Shown: in pieces, positions 13,053 to 27,400 of the stretch
Position numbering within the stretch: position 1 is the first letter of the stretch
How the letters are laid out: the number at the start of each line of letters is the position of its first letter
From: Macrostomum lignano
Lineage: Eukaryota
Assembly: GCA_002269645.1 (NCBI GenBank)
Contig: NIVC01000600.1
Span: 186,001-250,000 of the forward strand
Length of the DNA stretch: 64,000 nt
Direction of reading: 5' to 3'
Notes under the pieces: generated by a model
The model's input: the letters and a program-made list of their open reading frames with translations, nothing else
Databases searched by the model: none
Told to the model about the DNA's origin: nothing
Position numbers and translations under genes: made by a program

Positions 13053-14030
13053 CTCCACCGTGCAGAATCACCCTCTACCCTGCGCAGAATCGCCCTCCAC
13101 CCCGTGCAGAATCGCCATCCATTCCGTGCAGAATCGCCATCCACCCCGTGCAGAATCGCCCTCCACCTCATACAGAATCGCCCTCCACCTCATGCAGAAT
13201 CGCCCTCCACCCCGTGAAGAATCGCCCTCCACCTCATGCAGAATCGCCCTCCACCCCGCGCAGAATCGCCCTCCAACCCGTGCAGAATCGCCCTCCAACC
13301 CGTGCAGAATCGCCCTCCACCCCGCGCAGAATCGCCCTCCAACCCGTGCAGAATCGCCCTCCACCCCGTGCAGAATTGCCATCCAACCCGTGCAGAATCG
13401 CCATCCACCTCATACAGAATCGCCCTCCACCTCATGCAGAATCGCCCTCCACCCCGTGAAGAATCGCCCTCCACCCCGTGAAGAATCGCCCTCCACCTCA
13501 TGCAGAATCGCCCTCCACCCCGCGCAGAATCGCCCTCCACCCCGCGCAGAATCGCCCTCCACCCCGCGCAGAATCGCCCTCTACCCTGTGCAAAATCACC
13601 CTGTGCAGAATCACCCTCCAACCCGTGCAGAATCGGCCTCCAACCCGTGCAGAATCGCCCTCCACCCCGCGCAGAATCGCCCTCCACCCCGCGCAGAATC
13701 GCCCTCCACCCCGCGCAGAATCGCCCTCCACCCCGCGCAGAATCGCCCTCCACCCCGCGCAGAATCGCCCTCCACCCCGCGCAGAATCGCCCTCCACCCC
13801 GTGCAGAATCGCCCTCCACCCCGTGCAGAATCGCCCTCCACCCCGTGCAGAATCGCCCTCCACCCCGCGCAGAATCGCCCTCCACCCCGCGCAGAATCGC
13901 CCTCTACCCTGTGCAAAATCACCCTGTGCAGAATCACCCTCCACCCCGCGCAGAATCACCCTCCACCCCGTGCAGAATCGCCCTCCACCCCGCGCAGAAT
14001 CGCCCTCCACCCCGCGCAGAATCGCCCTCC
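13053..14030. repeat. 22-bp minisatellite array B (GCGCAGAATCGCCCTCCACCCC), same family as array A
   Basis: About 44 tandem units; an internal variant block recurs at ~13580 and ~13905. Confidence 0.95.
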
Positions 14031-14828
14031 ATCTCGTAAAATAGTTTATAAGTTGATGACATTTCTCATTCCAAATTTCCCAACACTATAAGTATTCGTA
14101 TAATCAATACTACTGATTCGAGCATGACGGTCCAGCAGGTAAAATGCTTTGCAAAATCGAGCTTAGCTTGTTTGCTTTGCTTTGCTTTGTGTGCAAACTC
14201 TTCTGTAGCCCGTATTCTTTTTTGCCAAGCATAAAATGTAGCGATGTGAGCAATTGCTCACTTCTATTGGCACTAATTGTGCTCAGAGGCTTGCCCCGGG
14301 GTTGAGCTTGAGAGGTTTGCACAGGCCTGCGACTGGACTCCACATAATTCTTATATGGTGTCGGCCTAGGTCTCTGCAAGTTGAGCAACTGTCAAAAGTC
14401 TCAGGCCAAAATTTCTAACAAAAATGCTTTGACAGCTCGCTTGGCAGGCCCCCTAAGGACTGGATCTCTGTAGCTATTAGCCGTTTGACTATAACTGTAC
14501 GAATGCGCAGAATTGGACAGGGTGAGGAAGAGATAAGAGACTCCAAATCTTACTCAAGCGTACTAAAGCTGCTGTCTCTGCGGCCTGTTTGCGAACGGAG
14601 AAGAGAGAGAGATACAGTACATGTATCAGTGCAGTTCACTGCAATCCGACCCCAAGTGGTGCAAATATAATTTTACTCTCGCCAATATTTCACCCTCTCT
14701 TACCCTCCTGTTGGTCCCGCCAAGCCAATATCCGCCAAATCCAGGTAAGGTTTACTGCTGTGTTGCCGTGAATCTCCTGTCCCAGAATCTCCTCTGGCTA
14801 GCTGATTATCCGTTCTGTGGAGATTCTC

Positions 14829-15357
14829 GACTCCGCTCTGTACCTTCTCTACTCCGCTCTGTACCTTCTCTACTCCGCTCTGTTTCTCTACTCCGCTCTG
14901 TACCTTCTCTACTCCGCTCTGTACCTTCTCTACTCCGCTCTGTTTCTCTACTCCGCTCTGTACCTTCTCTACTCCGCTCTGTACCTTCTCTACTCCGCTC
15001 TGTTTCTCTACTCCGCTCTGTTTCTCTACTCCGCTCTGTACCTTCTCTACTCCGCTCTGTACCTTCTCTACTCCGCTCTGTACCTTCTCTACTCCGCTCT
15101 GTACCTTCTCTACTCCGCTCTGTACCTTCTCTACTCCGCTTTATACCTTGTCTACTCCGCTCTGTACCTTGTCTACTCCGCTCTGTACCTTCTCTACTCC
15201 GCTCTGTACCTTCTCTACTCCGCTCTGTACCTTCTCTACTCCGCTTTATACCTTGTCTACTCCGCTCTGTACCTTGTCTACTCCGCTCTGTACCTTCTCT
15301 ACTCCGCTCTGTACCTTCTCTACTCCGCTCTGTACCTTCTCTACTCCGCTCTGTACC
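14829..15357. repeat. 21-bp minisatellite (CTACTCCGCTCTGTACCTTCT) with 18-bp variants
   Basis: Tandem units visible; periodic LYSALYL / LLRSVPS ORFs. Confidence 0.95.
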
Positions 15358-18300
15358 TGCTACTCATTGTCTCATTCATCAGCACACGGTATTGTTTCAC
15401 TTTTCATTATCTCTGCCGCATTTCTCATTCTGTCTCCAAAAAAGAAATCTCCAGCGCTCGCTGCACCTCTCAGTTCAGAGGATACTTTATCAATTTAACT
15501 TTCAAAACAATGATTAGCCGTCAGCAGAGTGAGGCAGACTTACTCTTTCCTGCAGTTGCTGATTGCCCTCTCTGTCTTTTCAGCGGCTCTGAACTCTGCT
15601 CTGAGCTCTGCAGAGCCGCTGAGCACGCAGTTCTCTCGAGCCCTTTGAGCCCCTCGCGCCCTGCAATTTCCGCTCCCCATAATTGCCCGTCCCTAGAGAA
15701 GCCTGACCATTTTCTTGCTCAAAGCAATGCCGGAGGCCGTCAGATCCTCTTTGATGTCAAAAATGCAGCCTAAAAAAGGCAGCGCAATCTCACAAGATGA
15801 ATTCACTTTGGATCTAGACAGGCTCAACTATATTTAAATTCGATTAATCATCATTTACTCCCATACTACTTTTAGTAGCTTTTCACCCTTTCCCAGTGCC
15901 TCAGTACTTCAGCACCAATCAATCTGGTTAATTTTGCTTTCCCTCCCTCTTTTTACCTTCTTTTTTCTGGCAAAATCCCGCCGTGGTCAATGGCAGAAGA
16001 AGCTGAGCCCAGGTGCGCCAGCTCTGGGGAAGAATTTAACCGCCTGTCAATGCCCGCCATCTTCTGAGCTCCCCAGCTCCTCTTCCGCCTCTCCTGAGCA
16101 CAAGGCTGCGGGAGACGGGGGAGTGGGGGCAGAAAGTGCGAAGGATTTGGGCAGAGGGGATTTCGCATCTGCCCAGGATACGAGAGAGGGAAGAACTGGA
16201 TTGAGCTGTGAGGAGTAGAAATCTCCCTTTACCCTCCCTCTTCCCCTCTTCTCCCGCTCGTGCGCTCACAATTCCCCCCCCATGCTCCGCTCCTGCCTCA
16301 CTGCCCCAAATTCATCTCCCCGCCCCTTCCAATGCCGCCTCTCCAGGTTTTTTCTCCGGACAAAGGCGAGAGGCCCGCAGCTGCCAGACGCGCGCGAGAG
16401 GGTCCCGCATCTCCTCTCTGCCCCATCCCTTGCAGCTTCATCTCCCAGCTTCTGCGAGGCTGAGCCGCCTCATCCAACCCGTGCTCAGCCAGCCTGCTGC
16501 CCCCTACTTGCCCCCCCCCTATGAAATTTCTAGTTCGTCTACTATCGAATCCCGCGTTTCTCCTTTCCCCTAAATATTCGAGTTCAAATTGAGGCGGCAA
16601 GTTCGCAGCCTGTTGCTAACCAGCAGACCTGCGGCACCTGCCGATCAATAAATCATTGCAAAGGTGAGCTTTCGACTCTCTGTTATGACACTACTTAGGT
16701 AGACGCAGGCCAACAGAACTGCAGGTTAAGCATTGTTAGCTGCGGTTAGCACAAATCTAAATAAGACTTGCTTCACTCCCTCAGTAACAGCTTCAACGAG
16801 TGGGGCAACCCATGACTGCTAGCGATATCTGAGACCTCGACCGAATCTCTCCGAGCCGCTGCCTAACTTCCTCTTGTCAATCTAAAATATTGCTTAATCA
16901 ATCCCGAATTAAACTAGCTTAATATTGATTCTGTTCCATCCCCATCCATCATCAGCTGAGCTGAGCTGACCTTGAGCTGCCTTTTCCCATCGAAGCCTCC
17001 GCTTCCCACCTCCCCCACCCCGTTTCCCATAATTCGAATCCATCCCATTTTATTAAAATGCCATTTCGGACATTTCAATTTAGAGTGGCTGTGCGCGCAA
17101 TTTTAGTCGCGAGTCAACAACACGGGAAGAGGGCGGGAGAGGAAAGTCTGTCTGTAGGCTTAGCGACATTTCTGTGTTCTGACAGCATGCTGCCTTCTCT
17201 CCACTGTCCTTCTGTCTCTCCCTCTCTCCGTCTCTCCCTCTCCCTCTCCCCTTTTTTCCTCCCCTCTCCCTCTCTTCCTCTACCTCTCTCTCTTTCCTCT
17301 CCCCTTCTCTCTCTCTCTCTCAATGTCCCTCTTGATCCGTCCCCTCTCCCTCTCTCCCTCTCCATTTCCCTCTCTCCTTCTCTTTCTCTCCCTCCCTCAT
17401 GGTTAAGAAATAAAATTGAAAATCAGACAGCTAATAAAGTTTCAACTTTTCCAGTTCGAAAATCTCTCAGCCATCTACAGCCAGAAGTTTCTCTCAGAGT
17501 TAAATCCCAAAGCGCAAGGGCAGGCCAGTTTGCCCTATTGATCCCGTCAGCAGCTCGCCGTCGGGTTAGGATGGGGCAGCTTCATCTGGGATTCGGCTTC
17601 AAATTCTATTTGTATCCGGGATTTTCCGCTCAAATACAGGGTCGGCCATCTCACTTGATTGCCCTGTTTTTATCGAATGGCTCTGTGTTTTTTGAAGCAT
17701 TAAGATTTAAAAATCAATACGCACTTTGCTAGTCAGCTGCAGGGTCGCAAAGCGGTAGTCAAACCCTTAGCCTAGACTTGCGATGCGACAACTCACTCAC
17801 CATAGTCACCCTCAATCGTGGCTGCCCAGCACCTTCACTCCAAAATCTGAAACTGACTTTGTCTGCGCATCTCCCTCTCGCTCTCTCTCTGTTATCTACA
17901 CAGAGAGTTTTACATCAGAGAGGAGTCTCTATCTCTGGGTTGTTTTCTTATGCGCAACCTCATGAATTATTAATGAGATCTAGCTCCGCTGTCCGTTCCC
18001 CCAGGGAGAAGGCAATTACTTGGGAACGGACGAAATTACATGTCGCCCTGGCGGACAAAATTACCTATATTAGGGACAAAAAATCTCGAACCGATTTCTA
18101 ACAGCTTGGAGGATTTCGAATTAATTGTCTCTCCAGGCTACTAGTGGAACCAAGAGTAAGTAATATCGAAGTATTTCCCTACCTACGGCAGTAGGAATGC
18201 TGAAGCGAGACAATCAAAACAGAAATTATATAGAGACATAAAAAAACTGAAAAATAAAAGATCGAGATCGAAAATTACTCATACTCATACTTCAGGTGTA

Positions 18301-18459
18301 GCAGCGGTTACAACTGACTCACATTTCACACGTGAAGCATTCACTGCTGAAGAAAAAGGCAAAAACGAAAACTGCTTTCACTAAAAGCTCAGCACCCATC
18401 GCTTTTTAATCGCTTTTTAATGTCTCTGCTCCTTGAGTTTGGGTGATACTGCAGAGCTA

Positions 18460-21400
18460 CTACAGAGGCCGGTGAGTCAGTTAGATGAAGTTTATAGCGA
18501 TTCCAAGAGCTCTGTGTGTTTGAGTGAAAATGCTGAGTTGGGTCTGGCTCTTTGTTCTAAGTATAGGACAGCCAAGGCTGCTAAGATATACAGAGGCCAG
18601 TGAGTCAGTTAGATGAAGATTATAGCGATTCCAAGAGCTCTGTGTGTTTGAGTGAAAATGCTGAGTTGGGTCTGGCTCTTTGTTCTAAGTATAGGACAGC
18701 CAAGGCTGCTAAGATATACAGAGGCCAGTGAGTCAGTTAGATGAAGATTATAGCGATTCCAAGAGCTCTGTGTGTTTGAGTGATATTGCAGAGCTAGGCC
18801 TGGCTCTTTGTTCTAAGTATAGGACAGCCAAGGCTGCTAAGATATACAGAGGCCAGTGAGTCAGTTAGATGAAGATTATAGCGATTCCAAGAGCTCTGTG
18901 TGTTTGTGTGAAATGCTGAGTTGGGTCTGGCTCTTTGTTCTAAGTATAGGACAGCCAAGGCTGCTAAGATATACAGAGGCCAGTGAGTCAGTTAGATGAA
19001 GATTATAGCGATTCCAAGAGCTCTGTGTGTTTGAGTGAAAATGCTGAGTTGGGTCTGGCTCTTTGTTCTAAGTATAGGACAGCCAAGGCTGCTAAGATAT
19101 ACAGAGGCCAGTGAGTCAGTTAGATGAAGATTATAGCGATTCCAAGAGCTCTGTGTGTTTGAGTGATATTGCAGAGCTAGGCCTGGCTCTTTGTTCTAAG
19201 TATAGGACAGCCAAGGCTGCTAAGATATACAGAGGCCAGTGAGTCAGTTAGATGAAGATTATAGCGATTCCAAGAGCTCTGTGTGTTTGAGTGAAAATGC
19301 TGAGTTGGGTCTGGCTCTTTGTTCTAAGTATAGGACATCCAAGGCTGCTAAGATATACAGAGGCGGCTGAATCAGTTCGATGAAGGAGTTATAGCGGCCC
19401 CAAGACTTTCCCTTTATGTTTGAGTGAAAATGCTGAGTTGGGTCTGGCTCTTTGTTCTAAGTATAGGACATCCAAGGCTGCTAAGATATACAGAGGCGGC
19501 TGAATCAGTTCGATGAAGGAGTTATAGCGGCCCCAAGACTTTCCCTTTATGCTTGAGCGAATATGCAGAGTTATTCCATGCTGGACTCCATGTCGCGAGG
19601 TAAAGCTAGCTTGCGCTGTGAATTGTTGTCTTTTCCCACAAAACTATATTCATTTTATTATCGATTTCTCCTCACTCGCAGATACACACGGTTCAAGCAA
19701 CTTTTCACACTTTTCATCGCCTAGCTGAAACCAAACCAAACCTTTTATCTTTGCTAGTGTAGAATTGCATCCATTCTGTGTTGATAAAAATACGCTGGCT
19801 ACGGCCTTGCGCCCCTCTCGTTCTTTCGCACCTTTGCCTTCTAACGTATTTTGTATGCATCGATTTCTCAGCTTCCCAGCTTCTCTCCGCTTCTCTCTGA
19901 TAATCCCAGCTTCTTTCCGCCTCTTTCTAATAATCCCAGCTTCTCTCCGCCTCTTTCTGATAATCCCAGCTTCTCTCCGCCTCTTTCTAATAATCCCAGA
20001 TTCTTTCCGCCTCTTTCTAATAATCCCAGCTTCTCTCCGCTTCCCTCTGATAATCCCAGCTTCTCTCCGCCTCTTTCTGATAATCCCAGCTTCTCTCCGC
20101 CTCTTTCTAATAATCCCAGCTTCTTTCCGCCTCTTTCTAATAATCCCAGCTTCTCTCCGCCTCTTTCTGATAATCCCAGCTTCTCTCCGCCTCTTTCTAA
20201 TAATCCCAGCTTCTCTCCGCCTCTTTCTAATAATCCCAGCTTCTTTCCGCTTCTCTCTGATAATCCCAGCTTCTCTCCGCTTCCCTCTGATAATCCCAGC
20301 TTCTCTCCGCCTCTTTCTGATAATCCCAGCTTCCTTCCGCTGCTTTCTGATAATCCCAGTTTCTCTCCGCTTCTCTCTGATAATCCCAGCTTCTTTCCGC
20401 TTCTTTCTGATAATCCCAGCTTCTCTCCGCTTCTCTCTAATAATCCCAGCTTCTTTCCGCTTCTCTCTGATAATCCCAGCTTCTTTCCGCTTCTCTCTGA
20501 TAATCCCAGCTTCTTTCCGCTTCCCTCTGATAATCCCAGCTTCTCTCCGCTTCTTTTTGATATCCCAGCTTCTCTCCGCTTCTTTTTGATATCCCAGCTT
20601 CTCTCCGCTTCTTTTTGATATCCCAGCTTCTCTCCGCTTCTTTTTGACTGACTGACTGACTGACTGACTGAGGCGGGTGAATCTCTTAGATGAAGAGGTT
20701 TTAGCGGCCCCAAGACTTTCCCTTTATGTTTGAGTGAAAAAACAGACTTAGAGCCTACTCCGTTCTAAGTATAGGAGGTCTAAGCTGCCGAGATTTACAG
20801 AGGCCGGTGAGTCAGTTAGATGAAGATTATAGCGATTCCAAGAGCTCTGTGTGTTTGAGTGATATTGCAGAGCTAGGCCTGGCTCTTTGTTCTAAGTATA
20901 GGACAGCCAAGGCTGCTAAGATATACAGAGGCGGCTGAATCAGTTCGATGAAGGAGTTATAGCGGCCCCAAGACTTTCCCTTTATGCTTGAGCGAATATG
21001 CAGAGTTATTCCATGCTGGACTCCATGTCGCGAGGTAAAGCTAGCTTGCGCTGTGAATTGTTGTCTTTTCCCACAAAACTATATTCATTTTATTATCGAT
21101 TTCTCCTCACTCGCAGATACACACGGTTCAAGCAACTTTTCACACTTTTCATCGCCTAGCTGAAACCAAACCAAACCTTTTATCTTTGCTAGTGTAGAAT
21201 TGCATCCATTCTGTGTTGATAAAAATACGCTGGCTACGGCCTTGCGCCCCTCTCGTTCTTTCGCACCTTTGCCTTCTAACGTATTTTGTATGCATCGATT
21301 TCTCAGCTTCCCAGCTTCTCTCCGCTTCTCTCTGATAATCCCAGCTTCTTTCCGCCTCTTTCTAATAATCCCAGCTTCTCTCCGCCTCTTTCTGATAATC

Positions 21401-24400
21401 CCAGCTTCTCTCCGCCTCTTTCTAATAATCCCAGATTCTTTCCGCCTCTTTCTAATAATCCCAGCTTCTCTCCGCTTCCCTCTGATAATCCCAGCTTCTC
21501 TCCGCCTCTTTCTGATAATCCCAGCTTCTCTCCGCCTCTTTCTAATAATCCCAGCTTCTTTCCGCCTCTTTCTAATAATCCCAGCTTCTCTCCGCCTCTT
21601 TCTGATAATCCCAGCTTCTCTCCGCCTCTTTCTAATAATCCCAGCTTCTCTCCGCCTCTTTCTAATAATCCCAGCTTCTTTCCGCTTCTCTCTGATAATC
21701 CCAGCTTCTCTCCGCTTCCCTCTGATAATCCCAGCTTCTCTCCGCCTCTTTCTGATAATCCCAGCTTCCTTCCGCTGCTTTCTGATAATCCCAGTTTCTC
21801 TCCGCTTCTCTCTGATAATCCCAGCTTCTTTCCGCTTCTTTCTGATAATCCCAGCTTCTCTCCGCTTCTCTCTAATAATCCCAGCTTCTTTCCGCTTCTC
21901 TCTGATAATCCCAGCTTCTTTCCGCTTCTCTCTGATAATCCCAGCTTCTTTCCGCTTCCCTCTGATAATCCCAGCTTCTCTCCGCTTCTTTTTGATATCC
22001 CAGCTTCTCTCCGCTTCTTTTTGACTGACTGACTGACTGACTGACTGAGGCGGGTGAATCTCTTAGATGAAGAGGTTTTAGCGGCCCCAAGACTTTCCCT
22101 TTATGTTTGAGTGAAAAAACAGACTTAGAGCCTACTCCGTTCTAAGTATAGGAGGTCTAAGCTGCCGAGATTTACAGAGGCCGGTGAGTCAGTTAGATGA
22201 AGATTATAGCGATTCCAAGAGCTCTGTGTGTTTGAGTGATATTGCAGAGCTAGGCCTGGCTCTTTGTTCTAAGTATAGGACAGCCAAGGCTGCTAAGATA
22301 TACAGAGGCGGCTGAATCAGTTCGATGAAGGAGTTATAGCGGCCCCAAGACTTTCCCTTTATGCTTGAGCGAATATGCAGAGTTATTCCATGCTGGACTC
22401 CATGTCGCGAGGTAAAGCTAGCTTGCGCTGTGAATTGTTGTCTTTTCCCACAAAACTATATTCATTTTATTATCGATTTCTCCTCACTCGCAGATACACA
22501 CGGTTCAAGCAACTTTTCACACTTTTCATCGCCTAGCTGAAACCAAACCAAACCTTTTATCTTTGCTAGTGTAGAATTGCATCCATTCTGTGTTGATAAA
22601 AATACGCTGGCTACGGCCTTGCGCCCCTCTCGTTCTTTCGCACCTTTGCCTTCTAACGTATTTTGTATGCATCGATTTCTCAGCTTCCCAGCTTCTCTCC
22701 GCTTCTCTCTGATAATCCCAGCTTCTTTCCGCCTCTTTCTAATAATCCCAGCTTCTCTCCGCCTCTTTCTGATAATCCCAGCTTCTCTCCGCCTCTTTCT
22801 AATAATCCCAGATTCTTTCCGCCTCTTTCTAATAATCCCAGCTTCTCTCCGCTTCCCTCTGATAATCCCAGCTTCTCTCCGCCTCTTTCTGATAATCCCA
22901 GCTTCTCTCCGCCTCTTTCTAATAATCCCAGCTTCTTTCCGCCTCTTTCTAATAATCCCAGCTTCTCTCCGCCTCTTTCTGATAATCCCAGCTTCTCTCC
23001 GCCTCTTTCTAATAATCCCAGCTTCTCTCCGCCTCTTTCTAATAATCCCAGCTTCTTTCCGCTTCTCTCTGATAATCCCAGCTTCTCTCCGCTTCCCTCT
23101 GATAATCCCAGCTTCTCTCCGCCTCTTTCTGATAATCCCAGCTTCCTTCCGCTGCTTTCTGATAATCCCAGTTTCTCTCCGCTTCTCTCTGATAATCCCA
23201 GCTTCTTTCCGCTTCTTTCTGATAATCCCAGCTTCTCTCCGCTTCTCTCTAATAATCCCAGCTTCTTTCCGCTTCTCTCTGATAATCCCAGCTTCTTTCC
23301 GCTTCTCTCTGATAATCCCAGCTTCTTTCCGCTTCCCTCTGATAATCCCAGCTTCTCTCCGCTTCTTTTTGATATCCCAGCTTCTCTCCGCTTCTTTTTG
23401 ACTGACTGACTGACTGACTGACTGAGGCGGGTGAATCTCTTAGATGAAGAGGTTTTAGCGGCCCCAAGACTTTCCCTTTATGTTTGAGTGAAAAAACAGA
23501 CTTAGAGCCTACTCCGTTCTAAGTATAGGAGGTCTAAGCTGCCGAGATTTACAGAGGCCGGTGAGTCAGTTAGATGAAGATTATAGCGATTCCAAGAGCT
23601 CTGTGTGTTTGAGTGATATTGCAGAGCTAGGCCTGGCTCTTTGTTCTAAGTATAGGACAGCCAAGGCTGCTAAGATATACAGAGGCCAGTGAGTCAGTTA
23701 GATGAAGATTATAGCGATTCCAAGAGCTCTGTGTGTTTGTGTGAAATGCTGAGTTGGGTCTGGCTCTTTGTTCTAAGTATAGGACAGCCAAGGCTGCTAA
23801 GATATACAGAGGCGGCTGAATCAGTTCGATGAAGGAGTTATAGCGGCCCCAAGACTTTCCCTTTATGTTTGAGTGAAAATGCTGAGTTGGGTCTGTCTCT
23901 TTGTTCTAAGTATAGGACATCCAAGGCTGCTAAGATATACAGAGGCCAGTGAGTCAGTTAGATGAAGATTATAGCGATTCTAAGAGCTCTGTGTGTTTGA
24001 GTGATATTGCAGAGCTAGGCCTGGCTCTTTGTTCTAAGTATAGGACAGCCAAGGCTGCTAAGATATACAGAGGCCAGTGAGTCAGTTAGATGAAGATTAT
24101 AGCGATTCCAAGAGCTCTGTGTGTTTGTGTGAAATGCTGAGTTGGGTCTGGCTCTTTGTTCTAAGTATAGGACAGCCAAGGCTGCTAAGATATACAGAGG
24201 CGGCTGAATCAGTTCGATGAAGGAGTTATAGCGGCCCCAAGACTTTCCCTTTATGTTTGAGTGAAAATGCTGAGTTGGGTCTGTCTCTTTGTTCTAAGTA
24301 TAGGACATCCAAGGCTGCTAAGATATACAGAGGCCAGTGAGTCAGTTAGATGAAGATTATAGCGATTCTAAGAGCTCTGTGTGTTTGAGTGAAAATGCTG

Positions 24401-27400
24401 AGTTGGGTCTGGCTCTTTGTTCTAAGTATAGGACAGCCAAGGCTGCTAAGATATACAGAGGCGGCTGAATCAGTTCGATGAAGGAGTTATAGCGGCCCCA
24501 AGACTTTCCCTTTATGTTTGAGTGAAAATGCTGAGTTGGGTCTGTCTCTTTGTTCTAAGTATAGGACATCCAAGGCTGCTAAGATATACAGAGGCCAGTG
24601 AGTCAGTTAGATGAAGATTATAGCGATTCTAAGAGCTCTGTGTGTTTGAGTGAAAATGCTGAGTTGGGTCTGGCTCTTTGTTCTAAGTATAGGACAGCCA
24701 AGGCTGCTAAGATATACAGAGGCGGCTGAATCAGTTCGATGAAGGAGTTATAGCGGCCCCAAGACTTTCCCTTTATGCTTGAGCGAATATGCAGAGTTAT
24801 TCCATGCTGGACTCCATGTCGCGAGGTAAAGCTAGCTTGCGCTGTGAATTGTTGTCTTTTCCCACAAAACTATATTCATTTTATTATCGATTTCTCCTCA
24901 CTCGCAGATACACACGGTTCAAGCAACTTTTCACACTTTTCATCGCCTAGCTGAAACCAAACCAAACCTTTTATCTTTGCTAGTGTAGAATTGCATCCAT
25001 TCTGTGTTGATAAAAATACGCTGGCTACGGCCTTGCGCCCCTCTCGTTCTTTCGCACCTTTGCCTTCTAACGTATTTTGTATGCATCGATTTCTCAGCTT
25101 CCCAGCTTCTCTCCGCTTCTCTCTGATAATCCCAGCTTCTTTCCGCCTCTTTCTAATAATCCCAGCTTCTCTCCGCCTCTTTCTGATAATCCCAGCTTCT
25201 CTCCGCCTCTTTCTAATAATCCCAGATTCTTTCCGCCTCTTTCTAATAATCCCAGCTTCTCTCCACCTCTTTCTGATAATCCCAGCTTCTCTCCGCCTCT
25301 TTCTAATAATCCCAGCTTCTCTCCGCCTCTTTCTAATAATCCCAGCTTCTTTCCGCTTCTCTCTGATAATCCCAGCTTCTCTCCGCTTCCCTCTGATAAT
25401 CCCAGCTTCTCTCCGCCTCTTTCTGATAATCCCAGCTTCCTTCCGCTGCTTTCTGATAATCCCAGTTTCTCTCCGCTTCTCTCTGATAATCCCAGCTTCT
25501 TTCCGCTTCTTTCTGATAATCCCAGCTTCTCTCCGCTTCTCTCTGATAATCCCAGCTTCTTTCCGCTTCTCTCTGATAATCCCAGCTTCTTTCCGCTTCT
25601 CTCTGATAATCCCAGCTTCTTTCCGCTTCTTTCTGATAATCCCAGCTTTTCTCCGCTTCCCTCTGATAATCCCAGCTTCTCTCCGCTTCTTTTTGATATC
25701 CCAGCTTCTCTCCGCTTCTTTTTGATATCCCAGCTTCTCTCCGCTTCTTTTTGACTGACTGACTGACTGACTGACTGAGGCGGGTGAATCTCTTAGATGA
25801 AGAGGTTTTAGCGGCCCCAAGACTTTCCCTTTATGTTTGAGTGAAAAAACAGACTTAGAGCCTACTCCGTTCTAAGTATAGGAGGTCTAAGCTGCCGAGA
25901 TTTACAGAGGCCGGTGAGTCAGTTAGATGAAGATTATAGCGATTCCAAGAGCTCTGTGTGTTTGAGTGATATTGCAGAGCTAGGCCTGGCTCTTTGTTCT
26001 AAGTATAGGACAGCCAAGGCTGCTAAGATATACAGAGGCCAGTGAGTCAGTTAGATGAAGATTATAGCGATTCCAAGAGCTCTGTGTGTTTGAGTGAAAA
26101 TGCTGAGTTGGGTCTGGCTCTTTGTTCTAAGTATAGGACATCCAAGGCTGCTAAGATATACAGAGGCGGCTGAATCAGTTCGATGAAGGAGTTATAGCGG
26201 CCCCAAGACTTTCCCTTTATGTTTGAGTGAAAATGCTGAGTTGGGTCTGTCTCTTTGTTCTAAGTATAGGACATCCAAGGCTGCTAAGATATACAGAGGC
26301 CAGTGAGTCAGTTAGATGAAGATTATAGCGATTCTAAGAGCTCTGTGTGTTTGAGTGAAAATGCTGAGTTGGGTCTGTCTCTTTGTTCTAAGTATAGGAC
26401 AGCCAAGGCTGCTAAGATATACAGAGGCGGCTGAATCAGTTCGATGAAGGAGTTATAGCGGCCCCAAGACTTTCCCTTTATGTTTGAGTGAATATGCAGA
26501 GTTATTCCATGCTGGACTCCATGTCGCGAGGTAAAGCTAGCTTGCGCTGTGAATTGTTGTCTTTTCCCACAAAACTATATTCATTTTATTATCGATTTCT
26601 CCTCACTCGCAGATACACACGGCTCAAGCAACTTTTCACACTTTTCATCGCCTAGCTGAAACCAAACCAAACCTTTTATCTTTGCTAGTGTAGAATTGCA
26701 TCCATTCTGTGTTGATAAAAATACGCTGGCTACGGCCTTGCGCCCCTCTCGTTCTTTCGCACCTTTGCCTTCTAACGTATTTTGTATGCATCGATTTCTC
26801 AGCTTCCCAGCTTCTCTCCGCTTCTCTCTGATAATCCCAGCTTCCCTCCGCTTCCCTCTGAGAATCCCAGCTTCTCTCCGCCTCTTTCTAATAATCCCAG
26901 ATTCTTTCCGCCTCTTTCTAATAATCCCAGCTTCTCTCCGCCTCTTTCTGATAATCCCAGCTTCTCTCCGCCTCTTTCTGATAATCCCAGCTTCTCTCCG
27001 CCTCTTTCTAATAATCCCAGCTTCTTTCCGCCTCTTTCTAATAATCCCAGCTTCTCTCCGCCTCTTTCTGATAATCCCAGCTTCTCTCCGCCTCTTTCTA
27101 ATAATCCCAGCTTCTTTCCGCTTCTCTCTGATAATCCCAGCTTCTCTCCGCTTCCCTCTGATAATCCCAGCTTCTCTCCGCCTCTTTCTGATAATCCCAG
27201 CTTCCTTCCGCTGCTTTCTGATAATCCCAGTTTCTCTCCGCTTCTCTCTGATAATCCCAGCTTCTTTCCGCTTCTTTCTGATAATCCCAGCTTCTCTCCG
27301 CTTCTCTCTGATAATCCCAGCTTCTTTCCGCTTCTCTCTGATAATCCCAGCTTCTTTCCGCTTTTCTCTGATAATCCCAGCCTCTTTCCGCTTCTTTCTG

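Noticed and set aside
11362-15773. Long ORFs across the 22-bp and 21-bp arrays
   Set aside because: Open in many frames on both strands because the units lack stops; periodic low-complexity products.
14400-18100. Possible exons or promoter (donors at ~14745 and ~16663, GC-rich patches)
   Set aside because: No recognisable protein and no consistent exon chain; may be non-coding 5' exons but cannot be supported without RNA data.
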